From Synechococcus elongatus PCC 6301 (lineage in GTDB: Bacteria > Cyanobacteriota > Cyanobacteriia > Synechococcales > Synechococcaceae): DNA of 32,000 bases. Below the pieces are notes generated by a model. The model had not been told where the DNA came from and ran no database searches. It worked only from the letters and a program-made list of their open reading frames with translations. Location: positions 1,230,001 to 1,262,000 of the forward strand of contig NC_006576.1 of NCBI RefSeq assembly GCF_000010065.1, in the 5' to 3' direction. A program made the translations under genes and the position numbers. How positions within the stretch are numbered: the first letter of the stretch is position 1; every line of letters begins with the position of its first letter. Shown in pieces: positions 8,889 to 17,553 of the stretch.

Positions 8889-10010
8889 ATGCCGACCTAC
8901 CCGACAACAGCAGCTTCCATCGGAGGACTCGTTCCGGCCTCTTCTGATCTGCTGATCAATTTGGCCTATCTCAATCAAGAGGCTACGGGCTTAAGTCACT
9001 ACGGTCTGCAACTAGTTCCCCACCTAATTCGGATTTTGCATCCGGTCTTGCTCTCGCCCTGCAGATGGCCAGGGGCAACAACCCTGCAGATTCCCAACAA
9101 TATGACAGCGATCCAAGGTCTGCAGGGACATCTGCGACGGCTCATTTGGACACAGACCCAACTCGGGCAGATCTATCACCAGATAGGCAGCCGGCTACTG
9201 TTTTCTCCAGTACCAGAAGCGCCGCTAGGACAATCGATCCGCAAGGTGATCACGGTGCATGATCTCATCCCCCTGCGATTCCCCAGCCGTTCCTTCTCCA
9301 CACTGTATTTCCGCAGTCATCTACCAAGGCTACTTAAAGAATCAACCCACATTTTTTGCAATTCCCAAGCCACAGCGCAGGATCTTCAGTCTTTTTATCA
9401 GGTGCCAGAACAGCGTTTGACGATCACGCCTCTCGCCTGCGATCGCCAACAGTTTCGGCCGCTGCGCCTCGACCGCCGCAACTATTTTGTCTATGTAGGC
9501 CGGCTCAATCCCTACAAGAACCTCCAACGATTGATCAAGGCCTTTGCCCTGATCCAGCGGCAATTAGACTGCGAACTCTGGCTGGTCGGCCCCGTTGATC
9601 GCCGTTTTCTGCCAGCAGTGCAGGCCCAGATTGAAGCTCAGGGGCTGACTGAGGTGGTGCGGTTCAAAAACTATGTCCCCCGGAAAGAGCTACCGATCAT
9701 CCTCAACCAAGCGATCGCCCTCGTTCATCCCAGCCTCTGGGAAGGCTTTGGCCTGACCGTTTTAGAGGCCATGTCCTGTGGAACTCCCGTGCTTGTCGCC
9801 GATCGTTCCTCCTTGCCCGAAGTGGTGGGGGATGCCGGTCTGTACTTCGACCCGCTGCAACCGGAAGCGATCGCTGAATCCATGCAGGCGATTGCTCAAG
9901 ACTCGGGGCTACAGCAACGGCTCAGTGCTGCCGCTCTAGCGCGATCGCAGCAGTTCTCTTGGGAGCGGACTAGCCGGATTACGATTCAGCAGTTGCAGGC
10001 CTTGCTCTGA
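8889..10010 (+). CDS. Glycosyltransferase, GT4 (group 1) family
   Basis: ORF 8826..10010. I prefer the in-frame ATG at 8889. C-terminal GT-B signature EGFGLTVLEAMSCGTPVLVADRSSLPEVVGDAG (E-x7-E). Confidence 0.85.
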   Translation: MPTYPTTAASIGGLVPASSDLLINLAYLNQEATGLSHYGLQLVPHLIRILHPVLLSPCRWPGATTLQIPNNMTAIQGLQGHLRRLIWTQTQLGQIYHQIGSRLLFSPVPEAPLGQSIRKVITVHDLIPLRFPSRSFSTLYFRSHLPRLLKESTHIFCNSQATAQDLQSFYQVPEQRLTITPLACDRQQFRPLRLDRRNYFVYVGRLNPYKNLQRLIKAFALIQRQLDCELWLVGPVDRRFLPAVQAQIEAQGLTEVVRFKNYVPRKELPIILNQAIALVHPSLWEGFGLTVLEAMSCGTPVLVADRSSLPEVVGDAGLYFDPLQPEAIAESMQAIAQDSGLQQRLSAAALARSQQFSWERTSRITIQQLQALL

Positions 10011-10485
10011 ACTGCGCAGCAAGCTGTACCTCGAGATTGGCCACGGTTGTTGGGTCCTGATTCACAGGCGTCAGAACAAGCTGGCGACCCTCAAGCTCAA
10101 GGCTGGGTGTCAGCACGAGAGACCAGTAAGCAGCAGGACGGTAGGGTAAGCGTTCCGGCCATTCAATCACCACTAGCCCCGGCTCAAACTCCACACCTTC
10201 CCAGTACAACTCCGGCAGCAAGCGCGCTACATCAGGTGCCTCGAGGCGATAGAGGTCGAAGTGGTAGAGGGGCAAGCGCCCCTCGCTGTACTCACAGACC
10301 AAGGTGAAGGTTGGGCTGGCTACCACGTCGGGGATGCCCAAGCCTTGGGCGATGCCTTGGGTCAGCGTTGTTTTGCCGCTGCCTAAATCTCCTTCCAGTA
10401 AGAGGGTGCTGCTAGCCAGAAGCCTCTGTCCCAACAGGACTCCGAACTGATGGGTCGCAGTGGCATCCGGCAGGAAAAATTGCAT
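9979..10485 (-). CDS. tsaE: tRNA threonylcarbamoyladenosine (t6A) biosynthesis ATPase TsaE/YjeE
   Basis: 168 aa with the P-loop LEGDLGSGKTTLTQGIAQGLG followed by SPTFTLV..Y....HFDLYRL, the TsaE hallmark. Its start lies 4 nt after the upstream gene's stop. Confidence 0.85.
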   Translation of the reverse strand: MQFFLPDATATHQFGVLLGQRLLASSTLLLEGDLGSGKTTLTQGIAQGLGIPDVVASPTFTLVCEYSEGRLPLYHFDLYRLEAPDVARLLPELYWEGVEFEPGLVVIEWPERLPYRPAAYWSLVLTPSLELEGRQLVLTPVNQDPTTVANLEVQLAAQFRARPATAES

Positions 10486-10489
10486 TGGC

Positions 10490-11899
10490 TTAATTCGCAG
10501 AACGACGATACCAACGCATTAGGGCTGCAGCCAAGCGCGTCGGTTGGTGGCGGACACAGTGGTTTTGCGGATCCTCTTCCATCACATTCGCCAGAATCAC
10601 TTGCCGACCCAGTTGCAGCACTGCCTCGCGATCGATTTCCACCGGCTGGGAATTTTGCCGCGCATAGCGCTGAACTGCAGCCTCAGAAGGCGGCTGACGC
10701 TGCACCAAGACCGCATCAAACAACGGTTCTGGATAGACGGAGTCGATCGCACGAATGTGGTCAGCCACCGTATATCCCAAGGTTTCACCGGGTTGGGTCA
10801 TGATGTTGCAGACATAAACCCGGTAAGCAGAACTCTCCGCTAGGGCCTTGGCGATCGCGGGCACCAGTAGGTTGGGAATGATGCTGGTGAACAGGCTTCC
10901 GGGACCAATGATGATGTAGTCCGCAGCAGCGATCGCTTCGAGGGCACGGGGCAGGGCTGGCAAATCAGCAGGCGTCACACCCAGCCGCACAATCCGCCCC
11001 CCTGCTTCAGTAATTTGTGACTCACCTTCAATGCGGCGACCATCTTCCAATTCCGCCCAGAGGCGCATGTCCGAAAGCGTAGCGGGCAATACCTGCCCTT
11101 GCACTGCGAGAACTTTGGAACTGGCTGCGATTGCCTTCTCAAAATCACCGCCTGTAACCGCCGTCATCGCCGTTAGAAAGAGATTGCCGAAGCTGTGGCC
11201 GACTAAACCATCACCACTGGCAAAGCGATAGCGAAATAGTTCAGTCAGCAGTTTTTCTTCGTTAGCGAGCGCCGTCAGGCAGTTGCGAATGTCGCCGGGT
11301 GGTTGCACGCCCATTTCACGACGGAGACGCCCCGACGAGCCTCCATCGTCAGCGACCGTTACGATCGCCGTCAGATTAGTGCTGTATTGCTTCAGGCCGC
11401 GTAGCAACGTCGAGAGGCCAGTGCCACCCCCGATCGCGACAATCCGAGGACCACGACTGAGTCGTCGATGGGAGAGCAGGACATCTACTAGCTCTTCTTC
11501 TTGCTCGGGCCGCAGCGCCTCGGTAATCGAGCCGACCGTCCGCGACTGCCCTAGGTAAAGCAACAGCAGACCCACACCCAACAACAGCGGACCACTCCAG
11601 TAGTTGGGCAACAATTGGGTCACAAACCCCAAGCCGTTCCGCACCATTGTCAGCAGGAAGTAGACCGGCGTCAGATCGGCCCAAATCGCCGCGCCGAGCA
11701 GGGCGGCAAAAAAGCCCAGAATGCTCAGTAACATCCAGCGCTTGATCAGGAGGCCCGGGCGCAACCATTTGAACCATTGGCCGACTCGATGCTGCGATCG
11801 CGCAGAAAGCTGTCGCCCCAACTGCACGGAACTACGCCGCAATTGGCGTGAATTTAGACGTCGATCGGAGGGACGAGCTGCAGGTCTCTGACGAGTCAC
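10490..11899 (-). CDS. YvcK/CofD-like (UPF0052, gluconeogenesis factor family) protein with an N-terminal membrane anchor
   Basis: 469 aa. The core [40 protein letters not shown] is typical of YvcK/CofD. It is preceded by ~150 aa containing about three hydrophobic helices. Confidence 0.8.
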   Translation of the reverse strand: MTRQRPAARPSDRRLNSRQLRRSSVQLGRQLSARSQHRVGQWFKWLRPGLLIKRWMLLSILGFFAALLGAAIWADLTPVYFLLTMVRNGLGFVTQLLPNYWSGPLLLGVGLLLLYLGQSRTVGSITEALRPEQEEELVDVLLSHRRLSRGPRIVAIGGGTGLSTLLRGLKQYSTNLTAIVTVADDGGSSGRLRREMGVQPPGDIRNCLTALANEEKLLTELFRYRFASGDGLVGHSFGNLFLTAMTAVTGGDFEKAIAASSKVLAVQGQVLPATLSDMRLWAELEDGRRIEGESQITEAGGRIVRLGVTPADLPALPRALEAIAAADYIIIGPGSLFTSIIPNLLVPAIAKALAESSAYRVYVCNIMTQPGETLGYTVADHIRAIDSVYPEPLFDAVLVQRQPPSEAAVQRYARQNSQPVEIDREAVLQLGRQVILANVMEEDPQNHCVRHQPTRLAAALMRWYRRSAN

Positions 11900-12311
11900 G
11901 GGTTCTCTGAAGACAACAGCGAGTTACCAGACAGGGCAATCGATCGCTGGCTCTTAGTGTATCGCTGACGTTTGCGGAGCCCAAGGTATCCTCCGGCTCA
12001 AACGGGCTGAGCAGCTGGAGCACTCGATCGAGACTGAGGCTGGCGATCGCCCAGAGAACAGGGGAGATGCAAGTCCAGCGGGCGCGCTACTCACCCCCTG
12101 CGAGGGAGCGACGGAAGCCAAGAGGGTACGAATCAATCCTGACCAATGACCTGGCTCAACCCTGGGATTGGCATTGAGAGGATGAGTGGATCCTGTCGTT
12201 CTGTTAACGTCTGTTTCAGCTTTGACACAGACGCAAAAGCCCTGTCGGGGCCGACGAAATGCCCGTGATAGGATCCCAACCTGTAGCCAAGAAACGTTAG
12301 AGGGCAAAGCG

Positions 12312-13559
12312 TTGGCACTTCGGGTGGCTGTGGTCGGCGGCGGACCGGCGGGATCTTGTGCAGCGGAAACGCTCGTCAAAGCCGGTATTGAGACTTATCT
12401 AATCGAGCGCAAGTTGGACAACGCAAAGCCCTGCGGCGGTGCAATCCCGCTCTGCATGGTCAGCGAGTTCGACCTGCCGGCGGAGATCATCGATCGCCGC
12501 GTGCGCAACATGAAAATGATTTCGCCGTCCAACCGCGAGGTCAACATCAATCTCGACAATGCCGACGAATACATCGGCATGACCCGTCGGGAGGTACTGG
12601 ATGGCTTCCTGCGCGATCGCGCGGCCAAGCTGGGCACCAAGCTGATCAACGGTACGCTCTTCCGTTTGGAACTGCCGAAGGGCGATCGCGATCCCTACGT
12701 GCTGCACTACGCCGATCACTCCAACGGCAGTCTAGAAGGCATTCCTTCGACCCTAGAAGTGGATGTGGTGATTGGGGCGGATGGCGCTAACTCGCGTATC
12801 GCCAAAGCGATCGATGCGGGCGATTACAACTACGCGATTGCTTTCCAAGAGCGCATCCGTCTGCCTGAAGACAAGATGCATTACTACGAAAATCTGGCGG
12901 AAATGTACGTCGGTGGCGACGTTTCGCCCGACTTCTACGCGTGGGTGTTCCCCAAATACGACCACGTAGCAGTCGGTACGGGCACGATGCATGTCAACCA
13001 ACGCCTGATCAAGAAGCTGCAAGCAGGCATTCGCGCTCGGGCTGCAAACCGTTTGGAAGGCGGCAAGATCATCAAGGTCGAAGCACACCCGATCCCCGAG
13101 CATCCGCGTCCGCGTCGGGTTGTTGGCCGGGCAGCACTAGTTGGCGATGCGGCCGGCTACGTGACTAAGTCTTCAGGTGAAGGCATCTACTTCGCGGCCA
13201 AATCGGGTCGGATGTGTGCCGAAACGATCGTCGAAACCTCGAACAACGGCGCTCGCATTCCTACCGAAGCGGATCTGAAGCAGTATCTGCGTCGCTGGGA
13301 CAAAAAATACGGCACCACCTACAAAGTGCTGGACTTGCTGCAAACCGTCTTCTATCGCTCGGATGCAACCCGTGAAGCCTTCGTGGAAATGTGCGACGAC
13401 AAAGATGTGCAGCGTCTGACCTTCGACAGCTACCTCTACAAAACCGTGGTGCCGGCCAATCCCTTAGTGCAGCTAAAAATCACGGCCAAAACCCTCGGTA
13501 GCTTGCTACGCGGCAATGCCTTGGCACCAGCGGAATATAAACCGATCGATGCGGCTTAA
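12312..13559 (+). CDS. chlP: Geranylgeranyl diphosphate / geranylgeranyl-chlorophyll reductase
   Basis: ORF 12186..13559. The likely start is TTG 12312 (or GTG 12324), just before the FAD fold LRVAVVGGGPAGSCAAETL. The rest reads as ChlP (..YLIERKLDNAKPCGGAIP..GDAAGYVTKSSGEGIYFAAKSG..). The start codon is uncertain. Confidence 0.9.
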   Translation: MALRVAVVGGGPAGSCAAETLVKAGIETYLIERKLDNAKPCGGAIPLCMVSEFDLPAEIIDRRVRNMKMISPSNREVNINLDNADEYIGMTRREVLDGFLRDRAAKLGTKLINGTLFRLELPKGDRDPYVLHYADHSNGSLEGIPSTLEVDVVIGADGANSRIAKAIDAGDYNYAIAFQERIRLPEDKMHYYENLAEMYVGGDVSPDFYAWVFPKYDHVAVGTGTMHVNQRLIKKLQAGIRARAANRLEGGKIIKVEAHPIPEHPRPRRVVGRAALVGDAAGYVTKSSGEGIYFAAKSGRMCAETIVETSNNGARIPTEADLKQYLRRWDKKYGTTYKVLDLLQTVFYRSDATREAFVEMCDDKDVQRLTFDSYLYKTVVPANPLVQLKITAKTLGSLLRGNALAPAEYKPIDAA

Positions 13560-13581
13560 TTGCTGCCTCTGATGCACAATC

Positions 13582-13609
13582 AAAACGGCTCCTGCAGGAG
13601 CCGTTTTTT
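13582..13609 (+). terminator. Rho-independent terminator downstream of chlP
   Basis: AAAACGGCTCC-TGCA-GGAGCCGTTTTTT: a perfect 9-11 bp stem with a 4-nt loop and a T6 tract. An A-tract on the left arm means it could act in both directions. Confidence 0.85.
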
Positions 13610-13642
13610 ATTGAGTACCGCTAGCGATCGCAGAGACTTCTC

Positions 13643-14353
13643 ATGACTCAACTCAAACTGCGATCGCTTTGGCAGGAAGGCTGGCAATTGTTCCAGCACT
13701 ATCCGGCGGAATTGCTGGGCTTCTCTGCAGTGAGTTTGCTGATTCAAAGTGGCTTGCAAGGTCTGCCAATCCTGGGGTGGCTGGCACTGCCTTTTTTTGT
13801 TGGACCGCTGACCTTGGGCTTGAACTGGGGCATTTGGCAGCGGCTCTGCGATCGCGATCGCCCCTTGAGTGATTTCTGGATCGGCTTTCAGCAACCATTC
13901 CTGTTTTGGCAATCCTTTTGGGCAGTGACTTGGATCAGTACGATTGCCTTGATCTGCTGGAGTCCCTGGCTGATTGGGGCGGTTGGGCTCTGGAGCTGGT
14001 GGGAGGTCAATCGCACTGTTGCGATCGCGATCGGTAGTATCAGTGGCGTCTTCGGACTGATCGGCCTGGCCAGCTTTTGCTACCTGATGGTGGCCTACCA
14101 GTTCACCTTCCTCTTAATTGCCGATCGCCATCTCCGGGCTTGGCCTGCCATGCAAGTCAGTCTGCAACTGCTGCGATCGCAATGGGGAATCGCCGCACTG
14201 GGCATTGCGGGCTGGACTGTCGTGAGCAGCGCGATCGCAATCATCACCTGTTGCTTAGGTCTGGTCTTAACAACACCACTATTTTATTGCTGCCTAATCG
14301 CCGCTTATCAACAGTTACAGAATGCGGATCCATTGGTTGAAAGCACTATCTAG
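13643..14353 (+). CDS. Polytopic membrane protein, paralog A of a tandem pair (family not identified)
   Basis: 236 aa with multiple TM helices. It shares spaced motifs with the next gene: GPL-x20-DF-x2-GF, Y-x-F-x3-L-x-A-x-R-x-L-x2-W-x-A-x3-S-x2-L-x3-W, and C-x-(L/I)-G-L-x2-T-x-P-x7-AAY. Confidence 0.7.
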   Translation: MTQLKLRSLWQEGWQLFQHYPAELLGFSAVSLLIQSGLQGLPILGWLALPFFVGPLTLGLNWGIWQRLCDRDRPLSDFWIGFQQPFLFWQSFWAVTWISTIALICWSPWLIGAVGLWSWWEVNRTVAIAIGSISGVFGLIGLASFCYLMVAYQFTFLLIADRHLRAWPAMQVSLQLLRSQWGIAALGIAGWTVVSSAIAIITCCLGLVLTTPLFYCCLIAAYQQLQNADPLVESTI

Positions 14354-14431
14354 CCTGAATTTTTCTTAAGACTGCCGCTATTCTTTGCGATCGCCAGGAT
14401 ACTCAAAACGTCAACTTCCTCTGCGATCGTG

Positions 14432-15118
14432 ATGGCTTCTAGCTCTTTCAATAGCAACGAAGACTTACTCAACCGCGACTATGAGTTCCGATTTGGTTCC
14501 TATCTGTCTCGAGGCTGGGCAATTTTCAAACAGAACTTGGGCCTCTTCATCGCCTACTTAATTATTGTTGGCCTAATTTCCATAGCTCTCTCCAGTTTAG
14601 ATGCCGCATTTGTCGCAGATGAGGAGGGCACTGGACTGCGCTTTGGACCAGGTGGAGCCATTCAATTGGTCATTAATGGCCCACTCTCTGCTGGCTTTTT
14701 CTTAGTAGCCTTTAAAACGATCAAGCAGCAACGGGTTGAGTTCGGTGACTTCTTTCGCGGCTTCAATCGCTTTCTACCCTTTTTTCTGACGTCACTGCTA
14801 ACCAGTGCCTTAACACTGATTGGCTTTGTCCTCCTGATTGTTCCTGGAATCTATCTAGCGATCGCCTATGTATTTGCCCTACCTCTTGTCGCAGAGCGAA
14901 ACCTTGAGCCTTGGGCAGCCTTGGAGTTGAGCCGCCGTTTAATCACCAAAAAGTGGTTGACTTTTTTTGGCTTTTTGATTGTTCTGGGTCTGATTAACTT
15001 TGCTGGAGCATTACCCTGCGGAATTGGCCTGCTATTTACGATCCCTTGGTCCATTTGTGCAATCACAGCAGCCTACGAAGATATTGTCGGGATTGCCAAT
15101 TCGTCAGAAGATGCTTGA
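14432..15118 (+). CDS. Polytopic membrane protein, paralog B of the tandem pair (AT-rich copy)
   Basis: ORF 14429..15118 (GTG-ATG; ATG at 14432). It carries the same motif set as paralog A with identical spacing, but clearly lower GC and different codon usage. Confidence 0.7.
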   Translation: MASSSFNSNEDLLNRDYEFRFGSYLSRGWAIFKQNLGLFIAYLIIVGLISIALSSLDAAFVADEEGTGLRFGPGGAIQLVINGPLSAGFFLVAFKTIKQQRVEFGDFFRGFNRFLPFFLTSLLTSALTLIGFVLLIVPGIYLAIAYVFALPLVAERNLEPWAALELSRRLITKKWLTFFGFLIVLGLINFAGALPCGIGLLFTIPWSICAITAAYEDIVGIANSSEDA

Positions 15119-15157
15119 ATTAAGTAGAAACTTTTTCCTCGGAGTGAGTGAGTAACG

Positions 15158-15424
15158 ATGACAACATCACCATCTAATGAGACCAACAGCAAGAAAATTT
15201 TGGCTGGAATTCTCGCCATTATCCTGGGTGCATTAGGAATTCACAAATTTGTTCTGGGATACACCACTGAGGGCGTCATTATGCTCTTAGTCTCGATCCT
15301 GAGCTGCGGCTTCCTAGCGCCAGTCATGAGCATCATTGGCATCATTGAAGGCATTATTTATTTGACCAAGCCTGATGAGCAATTTGAGGCCACCTACATC
15401 ACCGGCCGTAAACCCTGGTTCTAG
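15158..15424 (+). CDS. TM2 domain-containing small membrane protein
   Basis: 88 aa with GGAG upstream. Two TM helices with KKILAGILAIILGALGIHKFVLGY, as in TM2 domains (recollection). Confidence 0.75.
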   Translation: MTTSPSNETNSKKILAGILAIILGALGIHKFVLGYTTEGVIMLLVSILSCGFLAPVMSIIGIIEGIIYLTKPDEQFEATYITGRKPWF

Positions 15425-15848
15425 TCATCGCTTTCGGCAACAGCGACAGGTCGGACTGCTCTTACTGGGAACGGGTGCGCTTTACACTGCGCTCTACAGC
15501 AGCGACCGCCTTCCCACCCGCTGGACCTGTCCATTGCTCGCGCTAACGGGGCTGCCCCGTCCCACCTGCGGCTTAACGCGATCGCTAGCGGCCACCTGGC
15601 GCGGGGATTGGGTAAAGGCGGTTCAGTTTCATGTGTTTGGACCGCCCCTCTTCACGATCGGTTTGGCCATCGGTCTCGTCTGGTTAGCGGAACTCTGGCG
15701 ACAGCGATCGCTCTTGCCGTGGCGATCGCTCGTTCGTCACAGCTGGCTACCGCTCCTAGTAGGCCTCCTGCTTTACTACAGCACCCGTCTCTGGTGGAGT
15801 TGGCAAGCCGGGCTCTGGCCACCGCCTTGGGCGATCGCTCCTCTCTAA
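15375..15848 (+). CDS. DUF2752-like membrane protein
   Basis: 157 aa. The CPLLALTGLPRPTCGLTRSLAA motif resembles the DUF2752 CP..tG..CPgCG.TRa signature (one Cys missing). The only in-frame starts (ATG 15375, TTG 15384) overlap the TM2 gene by 41-50 nt. Confidence 0.65.
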   Translation: MSNLRPPTSPAVNPGSSHRFRQQRQVGLLLLGTGALYTALYSSDRLPTRWTCPLLALTGLPRPTCGLTRSLAATWRGDWVKAVQFHVFGPPLFTIGLAIGLVWLAELWRQRSLLPWRSLVRHSWLPLLVGLLLYYSTRLWWSWQAGLWPPPWAIAPL

Positions 15849-15860
15849 CTTGGGCGTCTC

Positions 15861-16067
15861 ATGAAATCACGCTTCTTCGTTAACCGCAGCCTCTTGCTAG
15901 TGATGGGGGGAATCTACTTTGTCGCCCTGTCTCAACTGCAATGGCCTGTTGTCGCCCGCGAGTTTTTAGCCTTGCTTCCTTTCCAATTGGTCATTCTTTG
16001 GGGGCTCCGCCGTCATTGGCGATCGCCCCAGAATGAGCGCCCTAGCTTGGATCAAAACAAGTCGTAG
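15861..16067 (+). CDS. Possible small membrane protein (68 aa)
   Basis: ATG ORF 12 nt after the DUF2752-like gene with two hydrophobic segments. No family recognised. Its 3' end overlaps the convergent gene by 16 nt. Confidence 0.4.
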   Translation: MKSRFFVNRSLLLVMGGIYFVALSQLQWPVVAREFLALLPFQLVILWGLRRHWRSPQNERPSLDQNKS

Positions 16068-17095
16068 CTGGGCTGGCGCGGATCGGGAGCAAAGGCCAGC
16101 CACAGCGGGAACTGCAACAGGGACAGACTGACACTGTCTTCACCGTCGTCAATCACGATCAGAGGCAGATCACCCCGCTCTTCGATGCGTTCGGCTTTTT
16201 GAACCAGCGCATCGGCAAACTCAAATAGCGTAATACCTTGATTTGGGCCAAAATCTTCCCGCGATAGACCCAAGCAATCCTGCAAGCCGCGCCGCCATTC
16301 ACCCAGTCGTTCCGGCGTACTCGCCAAAATCAGCGGTACTAAGCGCTCACCGTAGAGGTGATTGAGCACGGAAATCACAGCTGAAGCAATCAGGACATTT
16401 TGCTGGCGACTACCAAAACTACGGAGCGCACCCCGGCCGCCCATCGTAAAAAACCACTCGCGGACTGGCTCTTCATGAACTGCTTCGAAGGTGCGACGCA
16501 GCACCCACGGCTGACCGTAGTAGTCCGGTGACTGGCGATAGCGATTCAGTTCTTGCTCGATCAATTCGGCTTCGGGGGCAAATTCGGGATCCGCAAAGCC
16601 AGGCCGCAGAGGTGCTTTTGCTTCTACTGATGCAGGGGGAGGCGCAATGATTTCAGGGGCAGCGATCGGTTGTGGGGGGACTAAATCCAGCTGCTCTGCC
16701 GAGGCGGCTAGGTCTTGCAGACTGCCAACTAGGTAATCTTTAAAACTCTGAACCCGCACAGCAATCTCTTGGGATTTGCCGGCAAAGCTGCTGCGAATTT
16801 CCTGCTGGATGCGATCGCGGCGGCGCTCCAGTTTTTCAATCGAAGCCAAGAGAGCAGCTTGTCGCGCTTCTAAATCGGCTAGCGCGATCGCGGTGAGACG
16901 CTGCAGTGACGCTTCGGCCGGTGGGGGCGAATCTTCCACGGGTGTCGCCACAGTCTCCTCAGTCAAAGAGGATTCGGGCGCAGGCAGCTCCAGTGCTGGC
17001 TCAGCCGGCGTTTCTGGCTCTCGCCCCAGCTCTGGTAACAACACAGGCGGCGTTTCTGGTTCTGAGGGCAATACCGAGAAATCGTCTGGCAGCAT
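16052..17095 (-). CDS. Conserved cyanobacterial hypothetical protein (Pro/Glu-rich N-terminus, coiled coil, globular C-terminal domain; possibly DUF3086)
   Basis: ORF 16052..17116 (TTG). I prefer the ATG at 17095 (MLPDDFSVLP..). It has a coiled-coil-like segment (LADLEARQAALLASIEKLERRRDRIQQEI) and a long C-terminal domain free of low complexity. Confidence 0.7.
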   Translation of the reverse strand: MLPDDFSVLPSEPETPPVLLPELGREPETPAEPALELPAPESSLTEETVATPVEDSPPPAEASLQRLTAIALADLEARQAALLASIEKLERRRDRIQQEIRSSFAGKSQEIAVRVQSFKDYLVGSLQDLAASAEQLDLVPPQPIAAPEIIAPPPASVEAKAPLRPGFADPEFAPEAELIEQELNRYRQSPDYYGQPWVLRRTFEAVHEEPVREWFFTMGGRGALRSFGSRQQNVLIASAVISVLNHLYGERLVPLILASTPERLGEWRRGLQDCLGLSREDFGPNQGITLFEFADALVQKAERIEERGDLPLIVIDDGEDSVSLSLLQFPLWLAFAPDPRQPSYDLF

Positions 17096-17116
17096 GGAAA
17101 ACCCTAGGAACAACAA

Positions 17117-17500
17117 CTACCGAGGCGGACAAAACTGTTCGAGCGCCGTCCGTAACTCCTGACTGTCAAACAGAATCGGCAGAAAGTGAATACTCTCGGT
17201 CTCGCGAAAGTAGAAGAGGATTGGCAGGAGCGACCAGTAGATCCGCCAGTTAAGCCACATCGAGTAAGGGAAGCGACGGAGGAGGCGATCGCCCCGATAA
17301 ATGTCCAAGTCGGTGGGGGTAAAGAACAACCGCAATGTCGCCGCTTGGTAGAGCAGAAACAGCCCAAACACCGCGATCCCCAGACCTAACCAGAGATTCA
17401 AGAACAGCAGTGCGATCGCAGCAACGATCAAGATGCCCGGTAGACGATAGCTCGGCGCTAAGGGCAGAACAGTTGGCGGGATTGCCACATCAGTCGGCAT
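17117..17500 (-). CDS. Small membrane protein (two N-terminal TM helices; possibly DUF3119)
   Basis: 127 aa, ATG start. Its stop directly abuts the next ORF, consistent with one operon comprising mlaE and the two genes downstream of it. Confidence 0.65.
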   Translation of the reverse strand: MPTDVAIPPTVLPLAPSYRLPGILIVAAIALLFLNLWLGLGIAVFGLFLLYQAATLRLFFTPTDLDIYRGDRLLRRFPYSMWLNWRIYWSLLPILFYFRETESIHFLPILFDSQELRTALEQFCPPR

Positions 17501-17553
17501 GACGTATTTCGCTCACGCGATCGCTGTCCTCGCTATTTTGCCATTGCTACTGT

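Noticed and set aside
9979-10010. 32-bp convergent overlap of the glycosyltransferase and tsaE 3' ends, and the TTAG shared stop of cdsA and the DUF2993-like gene (3523-3526)
   Set aside because: Short convergent 3' overlaps are common in compact genomes and need no special explanation. I note them only for coordinate accuracy.
11954-12379. 141-aa minus-strand ORF in the yvcK-chlP intergenic region, and the N-terminal extension of the chlP ORF (12186-12311)
   Set aside because: The FAD-binding fold that normally sits at the very N-terminus of ChlP begins at about 12321. The upstream sequence and the antisense ORF show no protein-like features, so this is most likely a divergent promoter region.
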